Source: Candidatus Omnitrophota bacterium
Lineage (GTDB): Bacteria; Omnitrophota; Omnitrophia; Omnitrophales; JACROU01
DNA length: 64,000 bases
Assembly (NCBI GenBank): GCA_029261035.1
Contig: JAJDCD010000023.1
Span: 237,126-301,125 of the forward strand
Direction: 5' to 3'
Shown: one piece after another, positions 1 to 13,111 of the stretch
How positions within the stretch are numbered: the stretch's first letter is position 1
Layout of the letters: each line of letters starts with the position of its first letter
Translations under genes and position numbers: made by a program
Notes under the pieces: generated by a model
Told to the model about the DNA's origin: nothing
The model's database searches: none
What the model saw: the letters and a program-made list of their open reading frames with translations, nothing else

Positions 1-202
1 AAAGATGATTGCCACTTTCTTGTTTATCGGCAAAAGAGGAGAAAGGCTTTACTCTTTCGATAAACAACATCCTTTTTCTGCAACCGCTCCTTAGCCAACC
101 CAGCTTGCTTCAGAGTTATATAAAACCTCCCCTATAATATGCTTTTTTCTGGCCCGTTGTCTTTACACCTATTTCATTAGTTAAAATAGAGTGAATATTT
201 AA

Positions 203-895
203 TTAAAAATTATATTTATGCATTTGTATTTCTTTAAAAAATATTTTTTCTATTTTTTGCTTTGCATTTTGATCAAAAAATTCTTTGTAGTGTTTTTTAT
301 CTCTGATGTTTGCTTTGGCTGAATAACCCAATTCCCCTTTAAAAGGAATTCCTATTATTTCACATACCTTTGAGAAGTCTTCACTTAAGTTTTCATACTT
401 ACCTATGAAATCCACTATAGGCCTACTGCTTTTTGAGTTTTCTGTATACAAAAGGCTGTTTAAAGGAAATTGTCCTCTCTGAATATATTTTTCAAACGAA
501 ATATTCGTTCCTCTAAAATAATTCTGAAAAAAATAATCTGAGACAGTCTTGTCCCACGGGTTTCGTTCAAAACAAAATTTAAAATAAGTATCCCATATTT
601 TTTTTGGCAAACGTTCTTTAACTAAACAAGCAGGAATGTGATTGTAAAATTTTTTCTTCTTACCTATAACACTCTTTATAAAATGTTTCGCTCCATAAAC
701 GCCTCCTAAAGCAAAATCTTTGAAAGGATTAAATAAACCTGTTTCGTTTCTGGGTCTATAATTCAAATCCTCTTTTGTTAAAGCCGTCAAAACATCTTGG
801 TCTCCACAGAACTGCGCTAAAAACAACTGCATACTGGTTCCTGCTGTTTTGTTTGTTTTGATAAAAATAAATTTGTGTTTGTGGGATATAATCAT
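203..895 (-). CDS. Sulfotransferase-family-like protein. It is AT-rich and lies next to the tRNA-Ser 3' end.
   Basis: 230-aa ORF. A 5'-PSB-like P-loop motif (IFIKTNKTAGTSM) begins at residue ~10, as in PAPS-dependent sulfotransferases. Its AT content is much higher than the flanking housekeeping genes. No 3'-PB motif was verified. Confidence 0.35.
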   Translation of the reverse strand: MIISHKHKFIFIKTNKTAGTSMQLFLAQFCGDQDVLTALTKEDLNYRPRNETGLFNPFKDFALGGVYGAKHFIKSVIGKKKKFYNHIPACLVKERLPKKIWDTYFKFCFERNPWDKTVSDYFFQNYFRGTNISFEKYIQRGQFPLNSLLYTENSKSSRPIVDFIGKYENLSEDFSKVCEIIGIPFKGELGYSAKANIRDKKHYKEFFDQNAKQKIEKIFFKEIQMHKYNF

Positions 896-1094
896 AAGGT
901 TGAAGGGAATTCTAAATTTGTTATTACTATTTTAATTTCTGTAGTAGGGTCCAACCTCATTAATATTTTGTCAAAAAAGAATGATGCTGGCGCCCATGAA
1001 CCATGCAAAGATATGGGCCTTTTGGCCCATTGCGAGGTTCAGGGCTGCCACGAACCTCATTACAGGCCGAAAGGCCTGTGGTTTATATGGTTCG

Positions 1095-1184
1095 TGGCGG
1101 AGAGGGAGGGATTCGAACCCTCGATGGTGTAAACACCATAGCGATTTAGCAAACCGCCGCACTCGGCCTCTATGCGACCTCTCC
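1095..1184 (-). tRNA. tRNA-Ser (anticodon GCU) with a long variable arm
   Basis: The reverse complement reads GGAGAGGTCGCATAGAGGCCGAGTGCGGCGGTTTGCTAAATCGC...GGTGTTTACACCATCGAGGGTTCGAATCCCTCCCTCTCCGCCA. It has a 7-bp acceptor stem, a T-loop GGTTCGAATCC, a long variable stem-loop typical of Ser/Leu tRNAs, and anticodon loop TTGCTAA. An encoded CCA is present. Confidence 0.8.
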
Positions 1185-1242
1185 TTAAAAACGTTTGGTA
1201 TATTAACGACACTTTGAATTTCTGTCAAAGTTTAGTCTTTTG

Positions 1243-2499
1243 TTACTGCATATAAGGCTTTAATACTTTCGGAATTTCGATGGTTCCATCTTCTTTTTGG
1301 TAATTTTCCAAAATAGCAATAACGGTTCTCGGAAGAGCGACTCCAGAGCCGTTAAGTGTGTGCACAAATTCAGGTTTTCCGGATTGGATGCTCCTGTATC
1401 TTAGATTCATTCTTCTCGCTTGAAAATCTTCGAAATTAGAACAGCTTGAAACTTCAAACCACATTTTAGAGCCTGGTGCCCAAACTTCAATATCGTAGCA
1501 CTTCGCTGCAGCAAAACTTAAATCCCCAGAAGCAAGCTGAAGAACTCTATAAGGAAGCTCTAAAAGCTGTAATACTTTCTCAGCATTTAGAAGTAAGCTT
1601 TCTAATTCATCATAAGAGTTTTCTGGCTTAACCATTTTAACGAGCTCAACTTTATCAAATTGATGAATGCGAGCCAGCCCTTTTGTATCTTTCCCATAAG
1701 ACCCCGCTTCTCTTCTAAAACAAGGAGTGTATGCTACATATTTCTTCGCCAAGTCTTCTTCTTTTAAAATCTCTTCTCTGTGAGCGTTGGTTACAGGTAC
1801 TTCCGCCGTAGGAATTAAGAAAAAATCTTCATCCCTAAGACGATACATATCTTCTTCTAATTTAGGAAGTTGTCCTGTCCCTGTCATACTAGCTCTATTA
1901 ACCAGAAACGGCGGAGAGACCTCTTCATAGCCATGCTTTTTTGTGTGGAGGTCTAACATAAAGTTAATCAAAGCTCTTTCCAAGCGAGCGCCCATTCCTT
2001 TGTAAAAAAGGAATCCGCTTCCTGTTAATTTAGCTCCTATCGTTGGAGAAACCCATCCTAAAGACTCACACAGTTCTACATGTGTCTTTAAGTTTTTAGA
2101 CACATATTTAGCTTCGGGGCTACCCCAATCTCTAATAAATTTATTCTTAGAAGGATCTCCTATGGGAGTTGACTCATGCGGAATATTTGGAATTTGAAGG
2201 AGTAAATCATTAAGGCTATTCTGAACTTCTGAAATTTTTTGGTCTAATTCTTTTATTTTTTCTGAAATATCTTTAACTTGATTTATGGCCTTTGAAGCGT
2301 CTTTTTGTTCCTTCTTAAGCGCTCCAATCTCTTCATTTGCCTTATTTCGTTCTGCTTTCAAAACCTCAACTTCTTGAATAATTTTTCTTCTAGCTTCATC
2401 TAAGGATAAAATGTGATCCAAAGACAAAGTAACAAGTTTTGCTTCTAATGCTTTTTCGACTTTTTCAGGATTTTCTCTAATCAATTTTAAATCTAACAT
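1243..2499 (-). CDS. serS: Seryl-tRNA synthetase
   Basis: 418 aa. The N-terminal coiled-coil arm is followed by a class II aaRS core ([25 protein letters not shown], motif 3 [18 protein letters not shown]). Confidence 0.95.
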   Translation of the reverse strand: MLDLKLIRENPEKVEKALEAKLVTLSLDHILSLDEARRKIIQEVEVLKAERNKANEEIGALKKEQKDASKAINQVKDISEKIKELDQKISEVQNSLNDLLLQIPNIPHESTPIGDPSKNKFIRDWGSPEAKYVSKNLKTHVELCESLGWVSPTIGAKLTGSGFLFYKGMGARLERALINFMLDLHTKKHGYEEVSPPFLVNRASMTGTGQLPKLEEDMYRLRDEDFFLIPTAEVPVTNAHREEILKEEDLAKKYVAYTPCFRREAGSYGKDTKGLARIHQFDKVELVKMVKPENSYDELESLLLNAEKVLQLLELPYRVLQLASGDLSFAAAKCYDIEVWAPGSKMWFEVSSCSNFEDFQARRMNLRYRSIQSGKPEFVHTLNGSGVALPRTVIAILENYQKEDGTIEIPKVLKPYMQ

Positions 2500-2595
2500 A
2501 AACCCTCTGAGACAAAGGTGCCAGACTATGCAAAGGCTCTAACATTTCCTTAGCTTCGTCTGGCACTTAAGATTATTCTAAAACTTTAAATGATA

Positions 2596-5124
2596 TTAAA
2601 GAAGATCAGGCTGATCTTCTTCTACAACTTCACGTGTAACAACACGGCAACAAGTCGCTAAGTCATGCCCGTCTTTTAACTTAATAACACGAACCCCTTG
2701 CGCATTTCGTCCGCTGGTTCTTATCTGGTTCACCGCGCTACGCACAATCTGTCCTTTTGTTGTTACCAAAACAATTTCATCCTCTTCACAAACAGTCATT
2801 ACTTTAACCACATGGCCATTCTTATCTGTTGCTTTAATATTAATAACACCTTTACCCCCACGGGTTTGGACACGGTAAGCACCATAACTACTCTTCTTAC
2901 CATACCCCTTGCTGGTTACCGTTAACGCAGTTTGTTTATCTTGAACCACGTCCGAAGAAATAACATGGTCTCCTTTGCTTAAACGAATGCCACGAACACC
3001 AGAAGCTGTTCTTCCCATTTCCCGAACATTTTTTTCTTCAAATCGAATTGCTTTTCCTTGTTTCGTTGCAATAAAAATTTGATTCTTTCCATCCGTAATC
3101 ATTGCAGCCATAAGCTCATCGTTGTTTTTTAATTTGATTGCTTGAATACCATTCGATCGAGGGCGAGAATAAGCTGTTAAACTCGTTTTCTTAATCAAAC
3201 CTTCTTTGGTTACCTGAACCAGAAATTGATCTTCATCAAAGTTCTTTATCTGGAGCATGGTTGCTATTTCTTCCCCCTTTGAAAGATTAAGAACATTAAC
3301 AACGGCTTTTCCTTTAGCAATACGAGAGGCTTGAGGAATTTGATAGGCTTTTTTCCAGTAACACCTTCCTCTGTTTGTGAAAAACAACATTGTTTCGTGA
3401 GTTGAGCATAAAAACATTTGCTCAATAAAATCATCATCGTCTCTAACCCCACCCCCTGTAACACCTTTACCACCTCTTCTTTGCGCGCGGTAACTTGAAA
3501 CAGGAATTCTCTTGATGTAGCCCGCATGCGACATAGTAATCAAGACATCTTCTTCTTTGATTAAGTCTTCAATATCTATGTCTTCTGCTGCTTTTACAAT
3601 GTCTGTTTTTCTAGGGTTGCCATACTTTTTCTTAACTTCCAAAGACTCTTCTTTAATAATCGACAGCACTTTTGTCTTGGATTTTAGAATAGACTCAAGC
3701 TCTGCAATCTTTTTTAAGAGCTCTGCATACTCTTCATCAATTTTATGTCTTTCCAAGGCTGTTAATTTTTGAAGCTGAAGCTCTAAAATAGCTTTTGATT
3801 GGACTTCGGAAAGTTTAAATTGTTTCATTAATTGCTGCTTGGCTTCTTCAGGGCTTTTTGCTGCTCGAATTAATTTAATAATTTTATCTAGATTTGAAAT
3901 AGCAATTTTCAAACCTTCTAAAATATGGGCTCTTTTCTCTGCTTTATTTAGCTCAAAACGCGTTCTTCTTTCAATAACTTCAACTCGATGATCAACAAAG
4001 TGTTGAAGAATATCCTTTAAAGGAAGAATTTTAGGCTCACCCTTAACAAGAGCTAAATTAATAATACTGACCGTATCTTGCATTTGCGTGTGTTTAAAAA
4101 GTTGATTTAAAATCAACTCATCATTCTCATCTTTTTTAAGCTCAACAACAACACGCATTCCATCTCTGTCGGATTCATCTCGAATATCGTAGATGCCTTC
4201 TATCTTTTTCGATTCAACCAGTTTCGCCATATTGCTAATTAAATTAGATTTGTTTACCTGGTATGGAATTTCATCAATGACAATAGCGTCTTTAGCTCGG
4301 CCCGAATTGGCTTTTTCAAAATGAGCCTTTGCTCTTAGCTGAACCTTTCCTCTTCCTGTAGCATACGCTTGTTTAATTCCTTCCTTACCCATAATCATTC
4401 CGCCCGTTGGAAAATCTGGGCCTTTTACATGTTTCATTAAATCTTGGCTTGTACTGTTTGGTTCATCAATAAGAGCAATTAACCCATCCACAACTTCCTC
4501 GAGATTGTGAGGGGGAATACTGGTTGCCATCCCCACAGCGATGCCCGCAGACCCATTAACTAAAAGGTTTGGAAGTTTAGAAGGAAGCAACTTAGGCTCT
4601 TGTAAAGACTCATCAAAATTAGGTTGAAATTCTACCGTGTCTTTATCAATATCTCCCAACAACTCTTCTGTAATAGAAGCTAAGCGAGCTTCTGTATACC
4701 TCATAGCAGCTGCATTATCACCATCCACAGAACCAAAGTTTCCCTGCCCATCCACCAACGGATGTCGAAGAGAAAAGTCCTGAACCATACGAACCAACGT
4801 ATCATAAACAGCCGTGTCACCATGAGGGTGGTACTTACCCAAAACTTCACCCACAATACGCGCAGATTTTTTATAAGGCTTATTGTGTGCTAGGCCCAAC
4901 TCACTCATTGCATAAAGAATACGACGATGCACCGGCTTAAGACCATCCCTAACATCTGGCAAAGCACGACCCACAATCACACTCATTGCGTAGTCGATAT
5001 ATGAGTTTTTCATTTCATCTTCGATAGCAATGGGATAAACTTTTTCTGAAAGCGCATACATACTTTGTGAAGGCTTTTTTATATTCTCTTCATTTTGTTC
5101 GTTTTCTTTATCTTTGTCCGACAT
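2596..5124 (-). CDS. gyrA: DNA gyrase subunit A
   Basis: 842 aa. Active-site region AMRYTEARL, the GyrA-box QRRGGKG in the C-terminal beta-pinwheel, and a position next to gyrB/dnaN/dnaA all support the call. Confidence 0.95.
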   Translation of the reverse strand: MSDKDKENEQNEENIKKPSQSMYALSEKVYPIAIEDEMKNSYIDYAMSVIVGRALPDVRDGLKPVHRRILYAMSELGLAHNKPYKKSARIVGEVLGKYHPHGDTAVYDTLVRMVQDFSLRHPLVDGQGNFGSVDGDNAAAMRYTEARLASITEELLGDIDKDTVEFQPNFDESLQEPKLLPSKLPNLLVNGSAGIAVGMATSIPPHNLEEVVDGLIALIDEPNSTSQDLMKHVKGPDFPTGGMIMGKEGIKQAYATGRGKVQLRAKAHFEKANSGRAKDAIVIDEIPYQVNKSNLISNMAKLVESKKIEGIYDIRDESDRDGMRVVVELKKDENDELILNQLFKHTQMQDTVSIINLALVKGEPKILPLKDILQHFVDHRVEVIERRTRFELNKAEKRAHILEGLKIAISNLDKIIKLIRAAKSPEEAKQQLMKQFKLSEVQSKAILELQLQKLTALERHKIDEEYAELLKKIAELESILKSKTKVLSIIKEESLEVKKKYGNPRKTDIVKAAEDIDIEDLIKEEDVLITMSHAGYIKRIPVSSYRAQRRGGKGVTGGGVRDDDDFIEQMFLCSTHETMLFFTNRGRCYWKKAYQIPQASRIAKGKAVVNVLNLSKGEEIATMLQIKNFDEDQFLVQVTKEGLIKKTSLTAYSRPRSNGIQAIKLKNNDELMAAMITDGKNQIFIATKQGKAIRFEEKNVREMGRTASGVRGIRLSKGDHVISSDVVQDKQTALTVTSKGYGKKSSYGAYRVQTRGGKGVINIKATDKNGHVVKVMTVCEEDEIVLVTTKGQIVRSAVNQIRTSGRNAQGVRVIKLKDGHDLATCCRVVTREVVEEDQPDLL

Positions 5125-5189
5125 CGTTATCTCCTAATTATTTAAACATCTTTTTCTTACTGAGATCTTGTATAAATAAGGACTAGCGG

Positions 5190-7697
<2,508 letters not shown>

Positions 7698-7711
7698 TTA
7701 CTTTTCAGAGA

Positions 7712-8032
7712 TTATCTTCCTACTTGAAATTGGATATCTACTATATTCTCTTTCCCCACTTCTTTTTGAAATGCGGTCAAAATTTCATTTTTATATCTTA
7801 AAATTAATTCATGAGCCCAAACAGGGTCATCTACTCGAACGTAAAGTTTTTTTCCAAACAGCTTTTTTGGAGATGCATGTTTTCTTACTTTTTCATCAAC
7901 CAATTTATTCCATAGATCAAAAAGATATGCTTCTTGTTGTTTTTGCGGGTTTTCGAGGCTTTTTAAAACACCCTTAACAACCTGGTTTACCGGTGTAAAC
8001 CCTATATTTTTACCTTTTGATTTACGGCGCAT
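7712..8032 (-). CDS. DUF721-family protein, DciA-like
   Basis: 106 aa. The C-terminal segment KLYVRVDDPVWAHELILRYKNEILTAFQ matches the DUF721 consensus (LxVxVdssaWaqELrflkpqil). It is located between dnaN and gyrB. Confidence 0.55.
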   Translation of the reverse strand: MRRKSKGKNIGFTPVNQVVKGVLKSLENPQKQQEAYLFDLWNKLVDEKVRKHASPKKLFGKKLYVRVDDPVWAHELILRYKNEILTAFQKEVGKENIVDIQFQVGR

Positions 8033-8049
8033 TTTATTTTTTTATTAAT

Positions 8050-9147
8050 TTAATTTAATTGCATTGGCATAATTACATGGAGAAAATCTTTCTTCCCTTT
8101 CAACAAACCCGGTTTATCTGGGCCAGCAACAGAAAGTTGTATCTTTTCCACGTCTAAATTCTTCAACACATCTAGCAAATAAACAGGGTTAAAACCAACA
8201 GATAAATCATCCCCTTGTAAATCTGCTTCAATCTCTTCATGAGCCTCTCCTAAATTTGGAGACCTTGAGGATATAAGAATTTTATTTTTCAAAAGATCAA
8301 TTTTAACCGATTGAGATTCTGGAGAAGTTAAAAGAGAAGCTCTTTTAACAGCTTGTAATAATTGTTCTCTATCAACAGTTGAAATTGTATTTTCTTCTTT
8401 TGGGATAACCTGTTCATAGTTTGGAAAATGTCCTTCAATTAAACGAGAAATAATAAATGTATCTCCAAAATGAAATAAAATTTGATTCTTAAAACATAAA
8501 ATCTTAACAACTCCCTCATCCAATAAAATTTTACTCAACTCATATATAGTTTTTGCGGGAATAATAACATCAAGCTCAAAACTATCTCTAATATTTAAAT
8601 CTTTTTGAGCATAAGCTAATCTTCTTCCATCTGTTGCAACTAATTTCATTTTATTCCCTTTAATACCCATCAAAATTCCATTCAAAACATAACGCGTTTC
8701 ATCATAAGAAATTGCGAAACTGGTCATTTGAATACTTTCTTTTAAAACAACTTGATCTAAACTAATCGCCTGATCTAAAGAAAAACTAGGAAGCTTTGGA
8801 AAATCATCTTTAGGAAGACCCATAATTTTAAAAACAGCTTTTCCAGACTTAATAGTGACGGAATTATTTTTAGCTACAGAAATCTCAATATCCCCAGTAG
8901 GAAGCTCTCTTATGATGTCGTAAAGTTTTTTAGAAGGAACAGTAACAGCGCCTTCTTCAATAACATCCATTTCTGTTATGCTAGAAATAGCAACTTCCAA
9001 ATCTGTTCCAACAAGACGGACTTTATCTTTACCGTCTGTTTCTATAAGAACATTAGAAAGAATAGGAAGCGTTGTTTTAACTCCAACAACACCGTTAACA
9101 CTTGAAAGGCCTTTTAATAGAGTTTCTTTATTTGTTTTTATTTTCAT
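8050..9147 (-). CDS. dnaN: DNA polymerase III beta sliding clamp
   Basis: 365 aa with a three-domain clamp architecture, immediately downstream of dnaA. Confidence 0.9.
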   Translation of the reverse strand: MKIKTNKETLLKGLSSVNGVVGVKTTLPILSNVLIETDGKDKVRLVGTDLEVAISSITEMDVIEEGAVTVPSKKLYDIIRELPTGDIEISVAKNNSVTIKSGKAVFKIMGLPKDDFPKLPSFSLDQAISLDQVVLKESIQMTSFAISYDETRYVLNGILMGIKGNKMKLVATDGRRLAYAQKDLNIRDSFELDVIIPAKTIYELSKILLDEGVVKILCFKNQILFHFGDTFIISRLIEGHFPNYEQVIPKEENTISTVDREQLLQAVKRASLLTSPESQSVKIDLLKNKILISSRSPNLGEAHEEIEADLQGDDLSVGFNPVYLLDVLKNLDVEKIQLSVAGPDKPGLLKGKKDFLHVIMPMQLN

Positions 9148-9149
9148 AA

Positions 9150-9377
9150 CTTTATCCTCAATAACTATTATTTATTAATTATTATTTTACATAAAAAAAT
9201 AGTAGAAGCATTAGTAAGCGCTGTGGATTTGTGTATAACCCTCATAAATAGAGCTAACTAAATGTTTTACATCTTTTACAAACCTTGGATAACTTGTTCC
9301 ACTTATCAACCTTATTAACGGATATTTTTTATAACTCAAAATATCCATTGAAGGGTGTGGATAAAAACAATAATTAT
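9150..9377. promoter_or_regulatory. DnaA-box cluster in the dnaA-dnaN intergenic region (candidate oriC)
   Basis: A perfect TTATCCACA lies on the minus strand at ~9353-9361 (reads gtgtggataaaaa on the plus strand). One-mismatch boxes are at ~9224 (tgtggattt), ~9286 (ttggataac) and ~9340 (ttatctacc). The region is AT-rich. Confidence 0.45.
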
Positions 9378-10763
9378 CTACCCATTTTTAATCTTATTAA
9401 CAAGATAATCTAAGGTTCTTTTTAACTCTTCTTTTTGTTTAGATTCTTCACTAATTTTAGTTATTCCATGAAGAACAGTTGTATGATCTCTTCCTCCAAA
9501 ATATTCCCCAATTTCAGGAAGAGAATGTTCTGTAAGTTGACGCACTAAAAACATAGCAACTTGGCGAGGATAAGCAATTGCTTTAGTTCTTCTTTTAATA
9601 CGCATGTCATTTACAGAAATATTAAAATGTTCCGCAACAATTTTTTGAACCTTGTCGATATTTACCTTTTGTTCTTCTTCTATTAAAGAAGCTTTTAAAA
9701 CTTCTTCCGACAATTTAATACTTAAAGGAGATTCTGTTAGAGAGCTGTAGGCCATTACACGAATTAAAGAGCCTTCAAGCTCTCGGATGTTAGACTTAAT
9801 TTTACTTGCTATAAACTCAATAACGTCATCTGGAACAGAAACAGGGTTGTTCTCAAGTTTTTTTCTTAGAATAGCAATACGCGTTTCAAAGTCGGGGGGT
9901 TGTATATCTGTTACAAGACCCCACTCAAAACGAGAAACAAGACGCTCTTCTAACGAAGAAATATCTTTTGGAGGACGGTCACTTGTAACAACAATTTGTT
10001 TATGAGCATCATACAGAGTGTTAAAAGTATGAAAAAACTCTTCTTGTGTTGCTTCTTTATTTGCTAGGAAATGAATGTCATCAATTAAAAGCATATCTAC
10101 ATTTCTATATTTTTCTCTAAAACTTTGAGTACTTCTTTTTTGTATTGCATTAATGAGCTCGTTTGTAAATTTTTCACTAGAAATAAAGGTAACATTTGCT
10201 TCAGGAGTTTTTTCCAGTGTTGCATATGCAATAGATTGAAGTAGATGTGTTTTTCCCAAACCAACAGGCCCATAAATAAAAAGTGGATTATATGCTTTTG
10301 CCGGTGATTCACTTACAGCCATTGCAGCAGCATGGGCAAAACGATTTCCTGGCCCGACAACAAAATTATCAAAGTGGTAACGATTATTAAGGGTTAAGTT
10401 TTTGTGAAAGCTTTTTTGTTTAGGCAAAGAGTTTATAGATGTGCTGACAGAAGCTGTGGAAGATTCTGTTTTTGAAACAGTTGATTTTTTTGGGGCGACA
10501 TGAAAGCAAATTTCTTTTCTTTCTCCGATGGCTTTCTCAACAGCGCTTATGATATCTTCCTCGTAGTGATCTTTAAGCCAGTCTCCATAGAACCTATCAG
10601 GCACTTCTAGATTTAACTTTTTGCCTTCCAACGCCAAAAATTGAATGGGAGAAATCCAAACACGAAGGGTTTGATCACTTAAAGATTCTCCTAAAATATC
10701 GACCACAGCAGGCCAAAAATTATTTTGGGAAGTCTCTGTTTTAGGTTTTGTCGTCTCAGTCAT
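9378..10763 (-). CDS. dnaA: Chromosomal replication initiator DnaA
   Basis: 461 aa with AAA+ Walker A GPVGLGKTHL and a C-terminal DNA-binding domain (AYPRQVAMFLVRQLTEHSLPEIGEYFGGRDHTTVLHG). Confidence 0.95.
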   Translation of the reverse strand: MTETTKPKTETSQNNFWPAVVDILGESLSDQTLRVWISPIQFLALEGKKLNLEVPDRFYGDWLKDHYEEDIISAVEKAIGERKEICFHVAPKKSTVSKTESSTASVSTSINSLPKQKSFHKNLTLNNRYHFDNFVVGPGNRFAHAAAMAVSESPAKAYNPLFIYGPVGLGKTHLLQSIAYATLEKTPEANVTFISSEKFTNELINAIQKRSTQSFREKYRNVDMLLIDDIHFLANKEATQEEFFHTFNTLYDAHKQIVVTSDRPPKDISSLEERLVSRFEWGLVTDIQPPDFETRIAILRKKLENNPVSVPDDVIEFIASKIKSNIRELEGSLIRVMAYSSLTESPLSIKLSEEVLKASLIEEEQKVNIDKVQKIVAEHFNISVNDMRIKRRTKAIAYPRQVAMFLVRQLTEHSLPEIGEYFGGRDHTTVLHGITKISEESKQKEELKRTLDYLVNKIKNG

Positions 10764-10975
10764 TAGAGCCTTTTTTAATCCACAAGAAGGAAAAAGATGT
10801 TTTTAAAAAACAAAAAGCATATAAATCTATTTAAATAAAGGAGTTATGGCTTATTTTTTGATTAATTAAAAAAGTTATCAACACATATTAACAAGTTATA
10901 CACACCCGATAAAGAAGCCTAATTGAATGGGAAATTATACCAAATTTAAGCAATATAAACCAGAGAAAAAAGGGT
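10764..10975. promoter_or_regulatory. dnaA upstream region with degenerate DnaA boxes
   Basis: ttaatccaca (~10779), gttatcaacac (~10876) and agttatacacac (~10896) each differ from TTATCCACA by one mismatch. Confidence 0.3.
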
Positions 10976-11692
10976 CTAACCCTTATCTTCAGGATCTTTC
11001 TTTTTTTGCAGAAAAGTATGAATGCCACACTCTTTTTTTTGGCTTCCGGACCACCGTCCTGAACGCTCATGTTCCCCAGGAACAACAGCTCGAGTGCAGG
11101 GTGCACAACCAATAGAAACAAAGCCTTCATCAAAAAGGGGGTGATATGGAAGTTTATATTTTTTTAAGTATTCCCACATATCTTTAGCATTCCAGTCGCG
11201 AAGAGGGTTTATTTTAATAATACCGCCTTCATACTCTTCAACATAATCTACCAAAGTGCGCGTATCGCTTTGTGAGCGACGAATCCCTGTGATCCAGCCT
11301 TTAACGCCCACAAGAGCTTTTTTTAAGGGAGCCACTTTGTTAAGGTAACAACATTTATCAGGATCTCGTTCATAAAGGTTCCCGTGGACCTGCTTAAACT
11401 CTTCTCTTGGCATTTCAGAGGTAAGCTCATCTATATTTAGGTTTAAACGTTTAACAAGGTCATTTTTAAAATTGATCGTTTCTGGAAAGTGAAAACCTGT
11501 TTCTAAAAATAAAATACGAAGATCAGGTTTTATCTGAGAGGCCATATGAAGCAAGACGGCACTTGTAGACCCAAAAGATGTAGATAGAGCAACTTCTGGA
11601 GAAAAAGTATCTACAGCCCATTGCACAATTTCATGCGGAGGCTTTCCATCAAAATCTTTATTGAGCTGTTTTAAATCTAAAGGTTTACTCAT
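10976..11692 (-). CDS. cysH: Phosphoadenosine-phosphosulfate (PAPS) reductase family protein
   Basis: 238 aa with a C-terminal ECGIH motif (KKECGIHTF), which is the catalytic ECGLH signature. It overlaps cysC by 4 nt. Confidence 0.75.
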   Translation of the reverse strand: MSKPLDLKQLNKDFDGKPPHEIVQWAVDTFSPEVALSTSFGSTSAVLLHMASQIKPDLRILFLETGFHFPETINFKNDLVKRLNLNIDELTSEMPREEFKQVHGNLYERDPDKCCYLNKVAPLKKALVGVKGWITGIRRSQSDTRTLVDYVEEYEGGIIKINPLRDWNAKDMWEYLKKYKLPYHPLFDEGFVSIGCAPCTRAVVPGEHERSGRWSGSQKKECGIHTFLQKKKDPEDKG

Positions 11693-12222
11693 TGTTTATC
11701 TATGTATCCAAACTCTTCTAACTTAAGAACAATTTTTTGTGCCGACTCTTCTGGAGTTTCGTTTTCTGTTTCACAAATAACATCTGGGTTTTCTGGCTCT
11801 TCATAAGGGTCTGAAACTCCAGTAAAGTGTTGGATTTCACCCGATTGAGCTTTTTTATATAATCCCTTTGGATCTCTTTTGGCACAGGCCTCAACGGAGC
11901 ATTTAGTGTAGACCTCAATGAAGTTCCCAATCAAAGAGCGGTTAGATTCGCGACTCTGTTTGTAGGGCGAAATAACAGCGGCAATAACAATCACATTATG
12001 GCGTGTTAGTAGTTGGCAAACAAAACCCACACGTTTAATGTTAAGGTCACGATCTTCCTTAGAAAAGCTTAGTCCCTTACTTAGGTTGGTACGAACAACA
12101 TCCCCATCAAGGATTTCAACTCTCTCACCTCTTTGACGCAAGGTTTTCTCTAAGATACGTGTGATTGTAGACTTTCCTGACCCGGAGAGCCCTGTAAACC
12201 AAACGGTTACCCCTTTAGACAT
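11689..12222 (-). CDS. cysC: Adenylyl-sulfate kinase
   Basis: 177 aa with P-loop GLSGSGKSTI and an APS-kinase fold. Confidence 0.85.
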   Translation of the reverse strand: MSKGVTVWFTGLSGSGKSTITRILEKTLRQRGERVEILDGDVVRTNLSKGLSFSKEDRDLNIKRVGFVCQLLTRHNVIVIAAVISPYKQSRESNRSLIGNFIEVYTKCSVEACAKRDPKGLYKKAQSGEIQHFTGVSDPYEEPENPDVICETENETPEESAQKIVLKLEEFGYIDKQ

Positions 12223-12350
12223 AACGAACTCCTATAAATAATGCATTTATTCTATAGTGTAAAGAACGAGTATAGCGAAGATGGATTCTTTTGTCTAGGC
12301 AATGGTAATGTTAAAAATAAAGGGACGATAGGGGTATGTAAAAAGGGTTA

Positions 12351-13088
12351 TTATGGTTTTAAAATTTCGGAGGCCGTCTTTTTCTTTTCGATGAACCCCA
12401 CTACAATGATGGTCGCTTCATAAAGGATAAATAAAGGGACGGCTAACAAAACTTGGGATAGAGCGTCTGGTGAAGGTGTCATGATAGCAGCCATCACAAA
12501 AATGCCAAGAATCACAAATTTTCTTTGATGCCTTAACCAAGGAGCTGTTACGATTCCAAGTTGTGCTAAGGCAATGATAACAATGGGTAAGTTAAAGGAG
12601 AGCCCAAAGCCAAGAAGCATAAAACAGACGAAAGAAGCATAGCGGCTGACAGAGAGTAAGGGTTGGAAGTATTGAGTTCCAAAACTAAGAAGAAAATTAA
12701 GCGCCGTAGGCAACACTAGAAAATAGCAGAAAGAAATGCCGATTAAAAAAAGACTGACAGAAACAGTAAACAAAGGAAAAATAGCTTTTTGTTCGTGCTT
12801 TAAAAGCCCGGGCTTAATAAACTGCCATAGGTGCCATAAAACAAACGGAATAGTTGCAATAACAGAGAATAACAGAGAAGCTTTGAGGGCGATTAAAAAA
12901 CCTTCTGCTGGGGCTGTAAAGTATAAGGACGAATTTAAAGGTTTTAGAGGAAGGGTCAGGATTTCCAGTAAGAGTTTATGAAATCCTAAACCAATAACAA
13001 AAAACACAGCAAGGCACACAGCAATAAATATAATGCGCTTTCTAAGTTCTTCTAAATGATCAACCCATGGGATAATTTTTTCAGACAT
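12351..13088 (-). CDS. tatC: Twin-arginine translocase subunit TatC
   Basis: 245 aa, six predicted TM helices, N-terminal HLEELRKRI motif. Confidence 0.85.
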   Translation of the reverse strand: MSEKIIPWVDHLEELRKRIIFIAVCLAVFFVIGLGFHKLLLEILTLPLKPLNSSLYFTAPAEGFLIALKASLLFSVIATIPFVLWHLWQFIKPGLLKHEQKAIFPLFTVSVSLFLIGISFCYFLVLPTALNFLLSFGTQYFQPLLSVSRYASFVCFMLLGFGLSFNLPIVIIALAQLGIVTAPWLRHQRKFVILGIFVMAAIMTPSPDALSQVLLAVPLFILYEATIIVVGFIEKKKTASEILKP

Positions 13089-13111
13089 GATTTTAAATCA
13101 GAAGGCAGAGA

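Noticed and set aside
875-1228. Three overlapping small ORFs (875..1132 +, 971..1228 -, 981..1217 +)
   Set aside because: They overlap the tRNA-Ser gene and its flanking terminator hairpins. They have no RBS or coding-like composition and are almost certainly spurious.
2500-2595. T-box riboswitch upstream of serS
   Set aside because: Only ~95 nt separate serS from gyrA, far shorter than a T-box leader (~250 nt). No specifier or T-box consensus (AATTAGGGTGGNACCGCG-like) was seen.
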